Shown in pieces: positions 1 through 8,912 of a stretch of DNA of 31,701 nucleotides. How positions within the stretch are numbered: the first letter of the stretch is position 1; each line of letters starts with the position of its first letter. The stretch comes from a virus (taxonomy: Duplodnaviria; Caudoviricetes): positions 1-31,701 of IMG/VR virus record IMGVR_UViG_3300044806_000461, one strand, 5' to 3'. Both the position numbers and the translations under genes were made by a program. The notes beneath the pieces are model-generated. The model had not been told where the DNA came from, searched no databases, and was given only the letters and a program-made list of their open reading frames with translations.

Positions 1-127
1 CCATACATCACAAGTGTCAAAGATGAAAGAAGGGTTACGCCGGATGCGGCGGCAAATGTGACCGTTCCGGTGCCGACGTTTACTACTTCGATCGAATCGC
101 CGATCAAAATATTCGGGGCCGTCGAAT
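1..127. repeat. Terminal direct repeat, copy 1 (127 bp; circular contig overlap)
   Basis: 1-127 is identical to 31575-31701; the minus-strand reading frame continues seamlessly across the junction. Confidence 0.97.
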
Positions 128-2483
128 CGGACGGAACGGTGCGCGTCGTCGAATCCGAGGTATTTATTAAATGGCATGAATTTGCATCGGACGCAAGGAA
201 AGTGTAATCCGTCGCGGTCGAATTGATTACCGCGGGAGAGCCGCTTCGGGTCCACGCGCCCCAGGAACTCGATGTCTTGACGCGCTCGTAACATATGGCG
301 ATGCTCGAATTGTAAGCCCATGCGATTTGTTTTGCCGCGGTCGTTCCTGCGTTGGAATTTATATGCCATCCGAACCAGCTGTAATCAGAGCTGGGCGCAC
401 CCATGGCCGTGCCCAGACAGGTGAACGGCATCGTCCTTGCAAGCGTATTTAAGTTGTCTACAATCGACCCGCCGTAAGCTGTATCGCCATAAACGAAATG
501 GTCGAGAGCAGGGAGCCCGTGCATTCCTGTGAGTAGGTCGGCGTGAGCAGCGATTGCAGCCGCTTGCGCCGTGGATACAGGCTTGTTAGCGTCGGAGGTA
601 TTATCAACATTCGAAATAGACGACTGATTAGCCTTCAAATCTAACGCACTTTGCTGTGCTGTGCTCACAGGCTTATTTACATCGGAAACGTTGTCCACAT
701 TTCCGAGACCAACGTCGGCCTTTTCTAGTACAACGTTTCCAATTTTTCCGTTAACAGAAAAAACGGCGTCGGAATTATCGACCTTATCAAAAGTTGTTCC
801 ATTGTAAACAGCCCAGTCCCCAGTGCTATAAGAAATAGTTGATCCGGTTCCATTACTGGACGCGATCCAATACTGCCCGCTCCTTGTGGCTGCGGGGAAG
901 TTCCCCGTCGAGGCATCCCACACGCCTTGATATTCAAGCTGTCCCAAAATCGAATCGGGGATATTTGCAAAAGGTATTTTTACATTCGCGTCAAGTGGGC
1001 AATAACCAGAAGCCGCATTCTTTTCTGATTTATTTTCTTTCAGAGCCTCCGCAGCCGTGGCCCTGATTATTTCAGCGTCCGCTTTGTTTTCGTATTTCAG
1101 CAGCTCAATTACTTTGCCCGCAACAGTGCCCGAAGGATTTCCAATTTCCATCGGCACTATGGAGCCCATCGTGTCAACAACGAGCTGGTAATTTACGGTG
1201 ACACCAGGGAAGGCACCAAGAAAAAGAAGCCTTGTTGTAGCGGTGCGCTCCATTTTTGCAGCCGTGATTTTGATTGAGGATTTTACAGATTGAGAAGGAA
1301 ATTGAAAATTTCCTTCCAAAGAAAAATAGTTTGCTTGAATGTCCAAATAAACTTCAGAGTCACCATACGATCCAAAACTTCCAGCACCAAAAAGCTCGTT
1401 GGCCTGAATTTTAGCCGTGCCCTTAATTTCAAAGTAAGATTGGATCTCAAGGATTGGAGTTTGAATACAAAGTAATCCATCGCTTATCATCCCATTTACA
1501 GTCATATAGGATTCTATGTCAAAATTTATTATCCCTGACCAATTTCCGCCATTTACAGCGCAACTTTTAACCTTGACAATTGTTTCTCCAATGTAGCAAG
1601 TGCAAGAATTAAATGTGTGCATTCCACCAACGACTTTAAATATTCCCATAGCACCAGTAAATTCATTCCAGGTGCATCCATTCCAGGTGCACACAGTCTC
1701 ACTCGTTTCAAAAACAACATCAAAAAATGGAAAAGTTGTGTTAGTCCAATTTGCAGCATTGAAAGTCATAGTACACGTGCCGGCCATGACAACGAGCCTG
1801 CCCGCATTCATGCCGGCCGTTTTGCAGGCAATCACCACAGCATCGCCAGTCTTTTTAGGAGCACTGCGGGACAGGCCTGAATTGGTATCTAGTCCGTTTA
1901 CCGTGTCAAGATACCAGATGTTTTGATTGTCGGATACGTCAATCTGCCCGGTTGATACAGTATAGATGGAATGACCGTCGGCGGCTACCGCCTTGGATAC
2001 GCTAGCGTTTGATCCGGCGACCACTTCCGTCTTCGCGGCGGCTTCGGCTGCTTCCGCGCGTGCGGTATACGCCGGGTCTATCCCTACGACATAATGCTTT
2101 ATCCCGAGCGTGTCCGTCACCACGGTGACGGTGAGTTTTCCTACTTCCGCATCGACGGACACCGATGTCACGTCAAGCCCGGAAATATTAGCGAGCAGGA
2201 CGTTGTCCGCATACCAGTAAGGAGAGCTCACGGGATGCGTAGAGTCGCACAGCATTATCTTGTACGCACCGCTCACGGCCGCGATGATCGTGGTCTCACC
2301 CCTCGCGTCAAGAATTTTCTTCGCGGGCTGTACCGTGCCTTCCCAGTCGCTGAAAGTGTTCGCGTCCGTGGTCGTGCCCGCGATGAATACGCGGAGCCAC
2401 GCGCCCGTCATCGGCTTTCCGTCCGCGTCCACTATCTGGATGCGCGGGCCTATGAGATATCCGTAATCGAGAGAATTGAGCAT
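1..2483 (-). CDS. Tail fibre / receptor-binding protein, 5' part; continues across the circular junction to 31499 (about 852 aa in total)
   Basis: Manual translation from ATG 2483 (MLNSLDYGYLIGPRIQIVDADGKPMTGAWLRVFIAGTTT...) is open to position 1. It contains the fibre repeats DVGLGNVDNVSDVNKPVSTAQ / NVDNTSDANKPVSTAQ and a fibre-knob motif YERVKTSSSWGAW. RBS-like GAGGT upstream. Confidence 0.85.
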   Translation of the reverse strand, partial: MLNSLDYGYLIGPRIQIVDADGKPMTGAWLRVFIAGTTTDANTFSDWEGTVQPAKKILDARGETTIIAAVSGAYKIMLCDSTHPVSSPYWYADNVLLANISGLDVTSVSVDAEVGKLTVTVVTDTLGIKHYVVGIDPAYTARAEAAEAAAKTEVVAGSNASVSKAVAADGHSIYTVSTGQIDVSDNQNIWYLDTVNGLDTNSGLSRSAPKKTGDAVVIACKTAGMNAGRLVVMAGTCTMTFNAANWTNTTFPFFDVVFETSETVCTWNGCTWNEFTGAMGIFKVVGGMHTFNSCTCYIGETIVKVKSCAVNGGNWSGIINFDIESYMTVNGMISDGLLCIQTPILEIQSYFEIKGTAKIQANELFGAGSFGSYGDSEVYLDIQANYFSLEGNFQFPSQSVKSSIKITAAKMERTATTRLLFLGAFPGVTVNYQLVVDTMGSIVPMEIGNPSGTVAGKVIELLKYENKADAEIIRATAAEALKENKSEKNAASGYCPLDANVKIPFANIPDSILGQLEYQGVWDASTGNFPAATRSGQYWIASSNGTGSTISYSTGDWAVYNGTTFDKVDNSDAVFSVNGKIGNVVLEKADVGLGNVDNVSDVNKPVSTAQQSALDLKANQSSISNVDNTSDANKPVSTAQAAAIAAHADLLTGMHGLPALDHFVYGDTAYGGSIVDNLNTLARTMPFTCLGTAMGAPSSDYSWFGWHINSNAGTTAAKQIAWAYNSSIAICYERVKTSSSWGAWTRSGSPAVINSTATDYTFLASDANSCHLINTSDSTTRTVPSDSTAPNILIGDSIEVVNVGTGTVTFAAASGVTLLSSLTLVMY

Positions 2484-2491
2484 AAATTACC

Positions 2492-4120
2492 TCATACAAC
2501 AGGAATCCAGCCGTCGTGCGCTTCGGCTGAAAAAATTTTTAAGAAATCGCACGCGCCTCCGGAAGGGACGCTTACTTCTGGGTCGGAAGACGACATTCCG
2601 TCACCGATCAACGTGACGGATGTTTCCTTGTTATTTACGACAGTTATCCGGGAGTATATGCCGTAATTATCCCCGTGTCCGATTATTGCGAATTTATCTG
2701 CCGTAAATTCGGACGGAATGAAAAAGATGTTTCCTATAATGGCATTCTTCGGAAGAATCTCTCCGATGTTCGTCAATGATTTATCGTTGACCAGGGAAGG
2801 CGTTCCCGAAGCCACGGCTTGCATTACTTTATACGTGATCTCCATTGACGGGGCTGTCAAAGATCCCGCTGCCAAAAATCCCGCTGTTACATTTCCGGAA
2901 ACATCCACGGATTCCGCGCTCACTCCTCCGGAAACATCCACGGATTCCGCGCTCACTCCTCCGGACACGGACACGGATTCGGCGCTGAGCGCATAGCACA
3001 CGATTTCACGGATACGCTCGACGAATCCGTCCGCCTCCTTTTTTATGGACGTGGCGAAGCCGTCAAGGAAAAGGAAAAGGCCTTTAGCGGAAAGGTGGGC
3101 CACGACCTTTCCGAGCGAGTTGACCGCGTTGAATCCTCCGCCAACTGTGGAGCCGGAGCTGGCCGCTGTCGGCTCATCAGACGGAGTGCCCGTGGCTATC
3201 ACGGCCCTGCCCGACGCGTTCCCGTCGACATCCGCGTCTCCGCTTACGGATGCACTGTTGGCGTGGAGCTCGCCGAAGCGCACCGTTCCCGAGGCAGTGA
3301 CCGTACAGTTAACAAAACTAGCGAGCTGCGCCGATGCGCACGTGACCGCCGTGGCTGTCTCCCCAAGGCCTTTTAGTTGGCACGTTGCCACCACGTGACA
3401 AGACGTCCCGAAATCGAGGGCAGAGGACGTGAACCGCAGCGGAACCGTTCCGCCGAACCGCACGGTCGTGATTAGCGACGAACGGCAGAATGCGCACAAA
3501 TTAGCCAGCTGCGCCGTGAAGTCGTCCGTGGCCGTCTTTGGCAAAATTCCGAAAACGGACGCATCGATTGAAAGCCCATGGCAAAGCAGCCAGTACGCAC
3601 CCGTGATTCCCGATGATGCTATCACACTTCCACCGTCTGCGGAATAGTTTCCTGTGACTCGATAGTACATCCTTGCCGGGGAATCCCCAGCGGAGGCGTA
3701 TCCTATCACCAGCACGCGGGTAACCGTCTCGTCGTCGATAGCGGCGAGGGCGGCCACGGAGTCAACCGTGTAGACGCCTGATACGGTGGAGGACGAGGCC
3801 TTCGCGTCTCCGTCCATCCGGTATGAGCGCACCATAAGGAATTTCTGCTCGCGTACGTCGGGATCGGCCCAGTCAGCCTCCATCGTCCCTTCTCCGGTGT
3901 ACCGCCATTCGATTACTTTGTACGACCCATTCTTCAAAACGATGGGCTGGTCCAGGATCCCGGACCCGACGAACCGGGGATTGGAAATGACGGATGATCC
4001 GTCCTGGGCGTAGATTGCCTTTTCGCTTGTCGAGTCCCAGTCCAGAAACTGCACGCAGCCCTTGAGCGGCGTGAGGTCCGTGTCCCAGAGGACGTTCAGA
4101 GGTCCGTTAGAGTAGATCAT
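2492..4120 (-). CDS. Tailspike/tail fibre-like protein
   Basis: 542 aa; N-terminal head-binding-like segment (GCVQFLDWDSTSEKAIYAQDGSSVISNP), tailspike-neck-like GYASAGD...ADGGSVI motif, Ser/Gly/Val-rich beta repeats; lies after the ejection genes. Confidence 0.7.
   Translation of the reverse strand: MIYSNGPLNVLWDTDLTPLKGCVQFLDWDSTSEKAIYAQDGSSVISNPRFVGSGILDQPIVLKNGSYKVIEWRYTGEGTMEADWADPDVREQKFLMVRSYRMDGDAKASSSTVSGVYTVDSVAALAAIDDETVTRVLVIGYASAGDSPARMYYRVTGNYSADGGSVIASSGITGAYWLLCHGLSIDASVFGILPKTATDDFTAQLANLCAFCRSSLITTVRFGGTVPLRFTSSALDFGTSCHVVATCQLKGLGETATAVTCASAQLASFVNCTVTASGTVRFGELHANSASVSGDADVDGNASGRAVIATGTPSDEPTAASSGSTVGGGFNAVNSLGKVVAHLSAKGLFLFLDGFATSIKKEADGFVERIREIVCYALSAESVSVSGGVSAESVDVSGGVSAESVDVSGNVTAGFLAAGSLTAPSMEITYKVMQAVASGTPSLVNDKSLTNIGEILPKNAIIGNIFFIPSEFTADKFAIIGHGDNYGIYSRITVVNNKETSVTLIGDGMSSSDPEVSVPSGGACDFLKIFSAEAHDGWIPVV
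2894..2986. repeat. 33-bp coding tandem repeat (2 exact copies plus 1 degenerate)
   Basis: TCCGGAAACATCCACGGATTCCGCGCTCACTCC at 2894-2926 and 2927-2959; encodes SAESVDVSGGV repeats. Confidence 0.9.
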
Positions 4121-4329
4121 TTTCCCAGCATCTCCATGAGCTTTTTCTTCTGCTCGTCCGTGAGCGTAGACACATCTACTTTCGCGTCGCCGGAGGAATC
4201 GCCGTTACCGATCCCGGCGACGTCGTTCCCGGAAAGACCTGTGTAGTCGATGAGCTTGCTCACGCCCTGACCTTTACTTCCGCGGGACGCCATCTTTGAC
4301 AAAAGAGCCATCAGTATGGTAGACATCAT
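4117..4329 (-). CDS. Hypothetical protein (70 aa), late operon
   Basis: 4-bp start/stop overlaps with both neighbours; RBS GGAGG. Confidence 0.75.
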   Translation of the reverse strand: MMSTILMALLSKMASRGSKGQGVSKLIDYTGLSGNDVAGIGNGDSSGDAKVDVSTLTDEQKKKLMEMLGK

Positions 4330-4847
4330 TTACCTCCGAGGATGCGACCGATGAGGGCCGCCTTGTTTAGCCCGGAGCCTTTTCCGAGGCCCCGCTTTGT
4401 GGTAATCGTAGTGAGCTGCTTGCGGGTTATATTGTTCATTCCGTTCGCGTTGAGGACTCGGCGGGATCCGAAATCGGGGGCCGTCTTGATGCCATTGCGC
4501 ACCGGGCTTTCTTCCTCCGGTACCTCTGAAAAGGTGCAGCAGCAGTTAGGATGATGTCCGAAACCGCCGCCAGGAAGGATTAGATCCGAGCCCCTGAAAA
4601 TGCGTCCGTTGGCGCGCAGGCAGTAGTCGCACGTGCCGCGGGCGGATGATTCCGGATGTATCTCTGAGCGGTAGTCTGAGCGGTAGTATTTGTCCGGCTC
4701 GATGTTCATCCCGGACAGCGGGGAAATCCTTCCGGCGTTCTCCCTGCCTGCCTTCATTGCCAGGCGTTTAGCACCCAGCTCGGACAAGCCCGTGCCCGTG
4801 GCGAGCTTCCGGCGTAGGATGATCCGTGCAAGAGGGGCTAGCGACAT
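4326..4847 (-). CDS. MuF/SPP1 gp7-like minor head domain protein with a C-terminal Rho-N-like helical domain
   Basis: TCDYC...GRIF...HHPNCCC matches the MuF CxxC...HPNCRC signature; C-terminus ITRKQLTTITTKRGLGKGSGLNKAALIGRIL. Confidence 0.6.
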   Translation of the reverse strand: MSLAPLARIILRRKLATGTGLSELGAKRLAMKAGRENAGRISPLSGMNIEPDKYYRSDYRSEIHPESSARGTCDYCLRANGRIFRGSDLILPGGGFGHHPNCCCTFSEVPEEESPVRNGIKTAPDFGSRRVLNANGMNNITRKQLTTITTKRGLGKGSGLNKAALIGRILGGK

Positions 4848-4850
4848 AGA

Positions 4851-6458
4851 CTAATCCCTCGATATGTAGTAGAGGACCGCGTTTTCTTTTTTCCGGGCCG
4901 CGGCGTCCGCCTTTTCCTTGCTCGACGGGAGAACGCCTCCGTCGATGACCGGGTCTACTCCGGAATACCGTCTTACAAATTTGTTCGTAACGGCTGGGTA
5001 GAGCGGCTCGGTAGCATCGCCGAAATAATAAGTGATCGGAGAGAATTTAAGCCCCGCCTCCTCAATCCTTCTTCCCGTGCGGTTCGCGGGGACGACGCCC
5101 CTGTCGATGGCGGCGGAAATCATTGAAGGAGGAACAGGATTTATGTTTTTTGTCCCTGCTTTCTTCGCGGTCTCCTTGTACATCTGCAAGTTGCCGGATG
5201 CGCGGATCTCGTCCTGTATCTGCTTCACGGTGTCATTGATCTTTCCCGAGCTGAACTTCTGCCCGGCATTTATCTTGGCCTGCTCTTTCGCCGGGAGGCT
5301 GTCAAAGAAAGCCTTGACCTCCGGGTCGTTTGTGAGCAGCTGGTTCATCCTGTCCTTACGTACGGCTGGGCTAGTTACTTTGCTCATAGCCGCGTCCGCC
5401 TTTTGCCGTCCCCTCTGGATGATGGCGATGGCCTTGTTCTTGTCGTAAATGTCCCTGGTCGCAGTCACCATGCCGTCGATGTTCCCGGCCCTCTGAATTT
5501 TTTTTAATACCCGCGTGCCCTTTGTGCCGATGGGGATCATGTTACCCACGGTCTGCTCAATTACCGAGTTCAAGTCGAAGCCCGCCCTGTCCTGCATCGC
5601 GGGGTCGCCTTCATAACTTACGTAGTCCGCGACATTCGCGGTAACTGGAATCGCTGCGCCCACCGCGAGCCTCCGCGCGAACGGATAGGCCAGGCCCTTT
5701 GCGGCCGCCGCCGCAGGGGCTGCTCCCACGTAAGCCATCGCTGCATCTTCCGCGACGTCCTTAAGTGCATCCGCCCCTAGCGTTGCGTAAGAGCTTCCCT
5801 CCGGCATCCTTGCATCCGGATTCGTCGCTATGGCCTGCGCGCGCTGCGTGGCACGCGGGAAAAGAAACGAACTCGCCTGCATCGCCGCGCGTTCGCCTAG
5901 ACCGCGTCCGTTGAACGCGTCCTCGGCGGCCCGCTTAATCCCTTCGGCCTGCTGCGCATTTGACACAAGCTCGCGGTCCCGCGGATTGTCCCAGTCGAGG
6001 CCCATCCTCTCGAAACGCGCGCGCTGTTCACGCCCGAACTGTTCGCGGGCGGCCTTCGCCTTCTCTCCTCCGGCGCGGATGCCTGCCTTCTCTTCTTTCG
6101 TCAGCTCGAACGGAAGTATGGCGCCATCCGGTATGCCGTCCTCCAGGCCGTAAGCCTTCATCACGTCATCGGCGGTGATCTTGCGTTCTCCCATATTCTC
6201 CGCGTCCACCTTGGCCTGGGCTCTTAACCTTCCGCTTCCATCTCCGGAATTCAGGTATACCGCGCTTTGCGCCGAAGCCTTAGCGTTTTCCGGAGAGCTT
6301 AGGGACAGAGATTTTTTTAGTGCGTCCTCGAAATCTCCCGGGTCGGAAAAACCGTACTTGTACATCTCGTTGTAGAGCTCGTCATCGCCCATCGTCGCGA
6401 ATCCGTCAAGGATGCGCCTGGCCTCGTCTCTCGGAATGACCGTCGTCTTAGTTGCCAT
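4851..6458 (-). CDS. Putative DNA ejection/internal virion protein
   Basis: 535 aa, Ala/Lys-rich and helical, with a Gly/Ala hydrophobic segment; position matches P22 gp16/gp20. Confidence 0.6.
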   Translation of the reverse strand: MATKTTVIPRDEARRILDGFATMGDDELYNEMYKYGFSDPGDFEDALKKSLSLSSPENAKASAQSAVYLNSGDGSGRLRAQAKVDAENMGERKITADDVMKAYGLEDGIPDGAILPFELTKEEKAGIRAGGEKAKAAREQFGREQRARFERMGLDWDNPRDRELVSNAQQAEGIKRAAEDAFNGRGLGERAAMQASSFLFPRATQRAQAIATNPDARMPEGSSYATLGADALKDVAEDAAMAYVGAAPAAAAAKGLAYPFARRLAVGAAIPVTANVADYVSYEGDPAMQDRAGFDLNSVIEQTVGNMIPIGTKGTRVLKKIQRAGNIDGMVTATRDIYDKNKAIAIIQRGRQKADAAMSKVTSPAVRKDRMNQLLTNDPEVKAFFDSLPAKEQAKINAGQKFSSGKINDTVKQIQDEIRASGNLQMYKETAKKAGTKNINPVPPSMISAAIDRGVVPANRTGRRIEEAGLKFSPITYYFGDATEPLYPAVTNKFVRRYSGVDPVIDGGVLPSSKEKADAAARKKENAVLYYISRD

Positions 6459-7503
6459 AAGCCTTCCCCGTCAGTGTCTTGTACTGCGTATAAAGTCCAG
6501 GTACCATTTTCCCGTTATAGTAGTAGCCGTAAAGCTGGTTCTTCGCCCTCGCAGCCGAAGACGGATGTTTGGTGTCGTTCGAGTTGCGTTCATTTACTTC
6601 AATGGATTTTTTAATATTCTTTATTTTATTGGATTTTTCGCTTTCCGCAGATGCCGCCTTGTCATCCATTGCGCCCGCGGTTTTATTGAGCTCGGCGACG
6701 AGTGCGTCGCGCTTGTCCGTGTCGCCTCTCTGGTCGTCTACCTTCGCTTCTTTCACTTTATTATCCCATTCCGAGCTCTGCTCTTTAGAAAGTCCCTTGG
6801 GCTTTTCCGGAAATGCGAATCCGGTCGCCTGAGCTGAAGCCGCCGGAGCGGAGGTCTGCGTGACCGGAGCGGCGGAGGCTGCGCCGGTAGCGCCGTAATT
6901 ATTTTCCACTTCCTCCGCGCTTATGGCTTCCTGAGGATAACGCCGGTTGAAATTCTCGACGGCTTTCTCCAGGGTCACCTTTTTCGCTTTCTTGGCGTAC
7001 TCGTTGGATTCGGTAGCCCAGTCGCTCGCGTATCCGTAGATCTGCGTCAGCGCCGAGTTCTTCTGCTCCGATTCGGTAAGCGCGTTCTCCTTGTCTATCG
7101 ACGAGCGCGTCTTCTGCGACTCTTTCAGGGCGTCCTCCCTGTTCTGTCGGCCCAGCTCGTAGTTGCGCCGGCCCGTTCGCGCCGAGAGCCACGATTCCGC
7201 GACGTCCGGGACGCCGAGCTGCTCTCCTATGCGCTGCACCTCTTCGTCCGGGATGTCCTTAATCCTTGAGCGGAGCTCCTCGTTCTGCGCCTCCAGATTG
7301 GCCTTCTTCTGCTTCAGCGCATCGATCTGCATGCGCACGGCGGAACGCTTCCTTGCCATGTACTCGGAATCGATCTGAGACTGCTGCGCGTCCGACACGT
7401 CCGCGTTCACCTTCGCGATGTCTCCTTCTCCGCTTCCCGCGCCTCCGAGAATATTCTTCGCGGCGTCGGACGATGTGTAAAGATCGAATATGCTCGAGCT
7501 CAT
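6448..7503 (-). CDS. Putative DNA ejection protein (coiled coil)
   Basis: 351 aa, charged coiled coil, overlapping neighbours in the ejection cluster. Confidence 0.6.
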   Translation of the reverse strand: MSSSIFDLYTSSDAAKNILGGAGSGEGDIAKVNADVSDAQQSQIDSEYMARKRSAVRMQIDALKQKKANLEAQNEELRSRIKDIPDEEVQRIGEQLGVPDVAESWLSARTGRRNYELGRQNREDALKESQKTRSSIDKENALTESEQKNSALTQIYGYASDWATESNEYAKKAKKVTLEKAVENFNRRYPQEAISAEEVENNYGATGAASAAPVTQTSAPAASAQATGFAFPEKPKGLSKEQSSEWDNKVKEAKVDDQRGDTDKRDALVAELNKTAGAMDDKAASAESEKSNKIKNIKKSIEVNERNSNDTKHPSSAARAKNQLYGYYYNGKMVPGLYTQYKTLTGKAYGN

Positions 7504-7802
7504 TCAGCCACTCCTCCGCCAGCCGCCCCGAGCTGACTCTGGAGCGCGGCTATCTGCGCGTCGATTTCCTTGATGCGGGTTTCGTTCGCGTCAAGCGCTG
7601 ACTGCGTTTCTTCGTTTCCGCCGACGAGGTCCAGAAACTTTGCCTTCCCGTTATCGTAGGCCGCCGATTTCTTGACCGACATCACAGTGTCGATCACACC
7701 ACGGATCGCCTTACCGGCTTCCCTTATGTCCCGGGACTTCCCGCCCTCTATGGGCGCCGTGTCTATGCCCGTGTTTACTTTGTATGCACCCCAGTTTATC
7801 AT
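7500..7802 (-). CDS. Hypothetical virion protein (100 aa)
   Basis: 4-bp overlaps with both neighbours; C-terminal coiled coil. Confidence 0.7.
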   Translation of the reverse strand: MINWGAYKVNTGIDTAPIEGGKSRDIREAGKAIRGVIDTVMSVKKSAAYDNGKAKFLDLVGGNEETQSALDANETRIKEIDAQIAALQSQLGAAGGGVAE

Positions 7803-8584
7803 CCGAAAAGTCCTCCCAGGAGTTGAGACGCGAAGCCGCCTTCCGAGGCCTTTGAAATTCCTAGGTTGGCGAGCGCCGTCTGAATGTCCGTGTCGTTTGA
7901 GAGCTTGCCCAGCAGCGCGTTCACCGTGTTGTCCGAAGTGTTCTGCTTGCTGGACAGATATTCGTTTGCAACGTTTCCAAGGTTGGAGACGTTGTTGTTA
8001 GCCTGCTGCATCGCCGTCTGCTCGTTACTTTGTTCCAATCCGAGAGTGTCCTTGAGCTTGCTGTAATCGAAATTCTTCTCGGTGTTGTACTGCTGCTGCG
8101 CATCTTTGTACAATTCCGCCGCCTTCTCGGACGCCGTGGCCGCGAGCTGTTCGCCCGCCCCGCCGCTGAAAAGACCGCCCTGTCCGGCTAGCGAGTTCTG
8201 CGCCGCCTTCGTAGCCTGGCCTATGGTATAGTCGGCGTTCGGGTCAAGGAAATCGGACACGGATTTTCCGTAATCGTAATTCTCAAGCGCCGACGTGTCG
8301 ACGCTGTAGTCCTTTGTTGCCGCGTCCTTTACGGATGAAAGCCAGTCGCTCACGGACGACGATCCGCCCAGCGCGTCCTGCGTCGAAGTCCCCGCGCCCT
8401 GTATGAGCTGGAGAATGGAATCGTAGGCGGCCGAATTTTCGCCGAGAAGTCCCTTGAGGGTGTCCGAGGCGTTAGAGTACGCCGCGTTCTTCTCGCCGAT
8501 GTTCGTGAGACCCGTGAGGTCCGAGATAGCCGATGATCCGGTGATCGGATTTATAAAAGAGTTAACTAAGCTGGTGCTTGCCAT
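7799..8584 (-). CDS. P22 gp7-like DNA transfer/pilot protein
   Basis: FLDPNADYTIGQATKAAQNSLAGQGGLFSGG resembles the gp7-type motif; C-terminal LLGGLFG. Start placed at ATG 8584 to avoid overlap with the upstream gene. Confidence 0.65.
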   Translation of the reverse strand: MASTSLVNSFINPITGSSAISDLTGLTNIGEKNAAYSNASDTLKGLLGENSAAYDSILQLIQGAGTSTQDALGGSSSVSDWLSSVKDAATKDYSVDTSALENYDYGKSVSDFLDPNADYTIGQATKAAQNSLAGQGGLFSGGAGEQLAATASEKAAELYKDAQQQYNTEKNFDYSKLKDTLGLEQSNEQTAMQQANNNVSNLGNVANEYLSSKQNTSDNTVNALLGKLSNDTDIQTALANLGISKASEGGFASQLLGGLFG

Positions 8585-8591
8585 TGTGTGC

Positions 8592-8909
8592 CTATTGTTT
8601 GATGACCATTTCGCCTTCGTAAAAGACAAACGAGGTTTCCGGATCGGTGTCGAATTCCGTCTGTCCCTTGCGGACGAGATAGGATTTCATCCCGGAAAAC
8701 TTATACGCACCGTCTGTTACTTTGGTATAAATGGTGGCACGGAGGAGCCAGTCATATTCCGCATAAGGAAATATAAGTTTTTTCACGGCGTCCGTGCACA
8801 CTATTCCGTCAGAAAATATTTTTCCCACGAGTCCGTTCTTGACATAAATTAACGGTCTGTATGTCTTAGTGTCCTTCTGCGAGTTCGAGGCCTCGGCGAT
8901 CGTAGGCAT
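8592..8909 (-). CDS. Hypothetical protein (105 aa), tail region
   Basis: RBS GGAGG; fills the gap between the gp10-like and gp7-like genes. Confidence 0.75.
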   Translation of the reverse strand: MPTIAEASNSQKDTKTYRPLIYVKNGLVGKIFSDGIVCTDAVKKLIFPYAEYDWLLRATIYTKVTDGAYKFSGMKSYLVRKGQTEFDTDPETSFVFYEGEMVIKQ

Positions 8910-8912
8910 GCG

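Noticed and set aside
1-2483. Apparent gene-free or recoded region in the ORF track
   Set aside because: Manual translation shows one open minus-strand frame running off the contig edge; no recoding is needed
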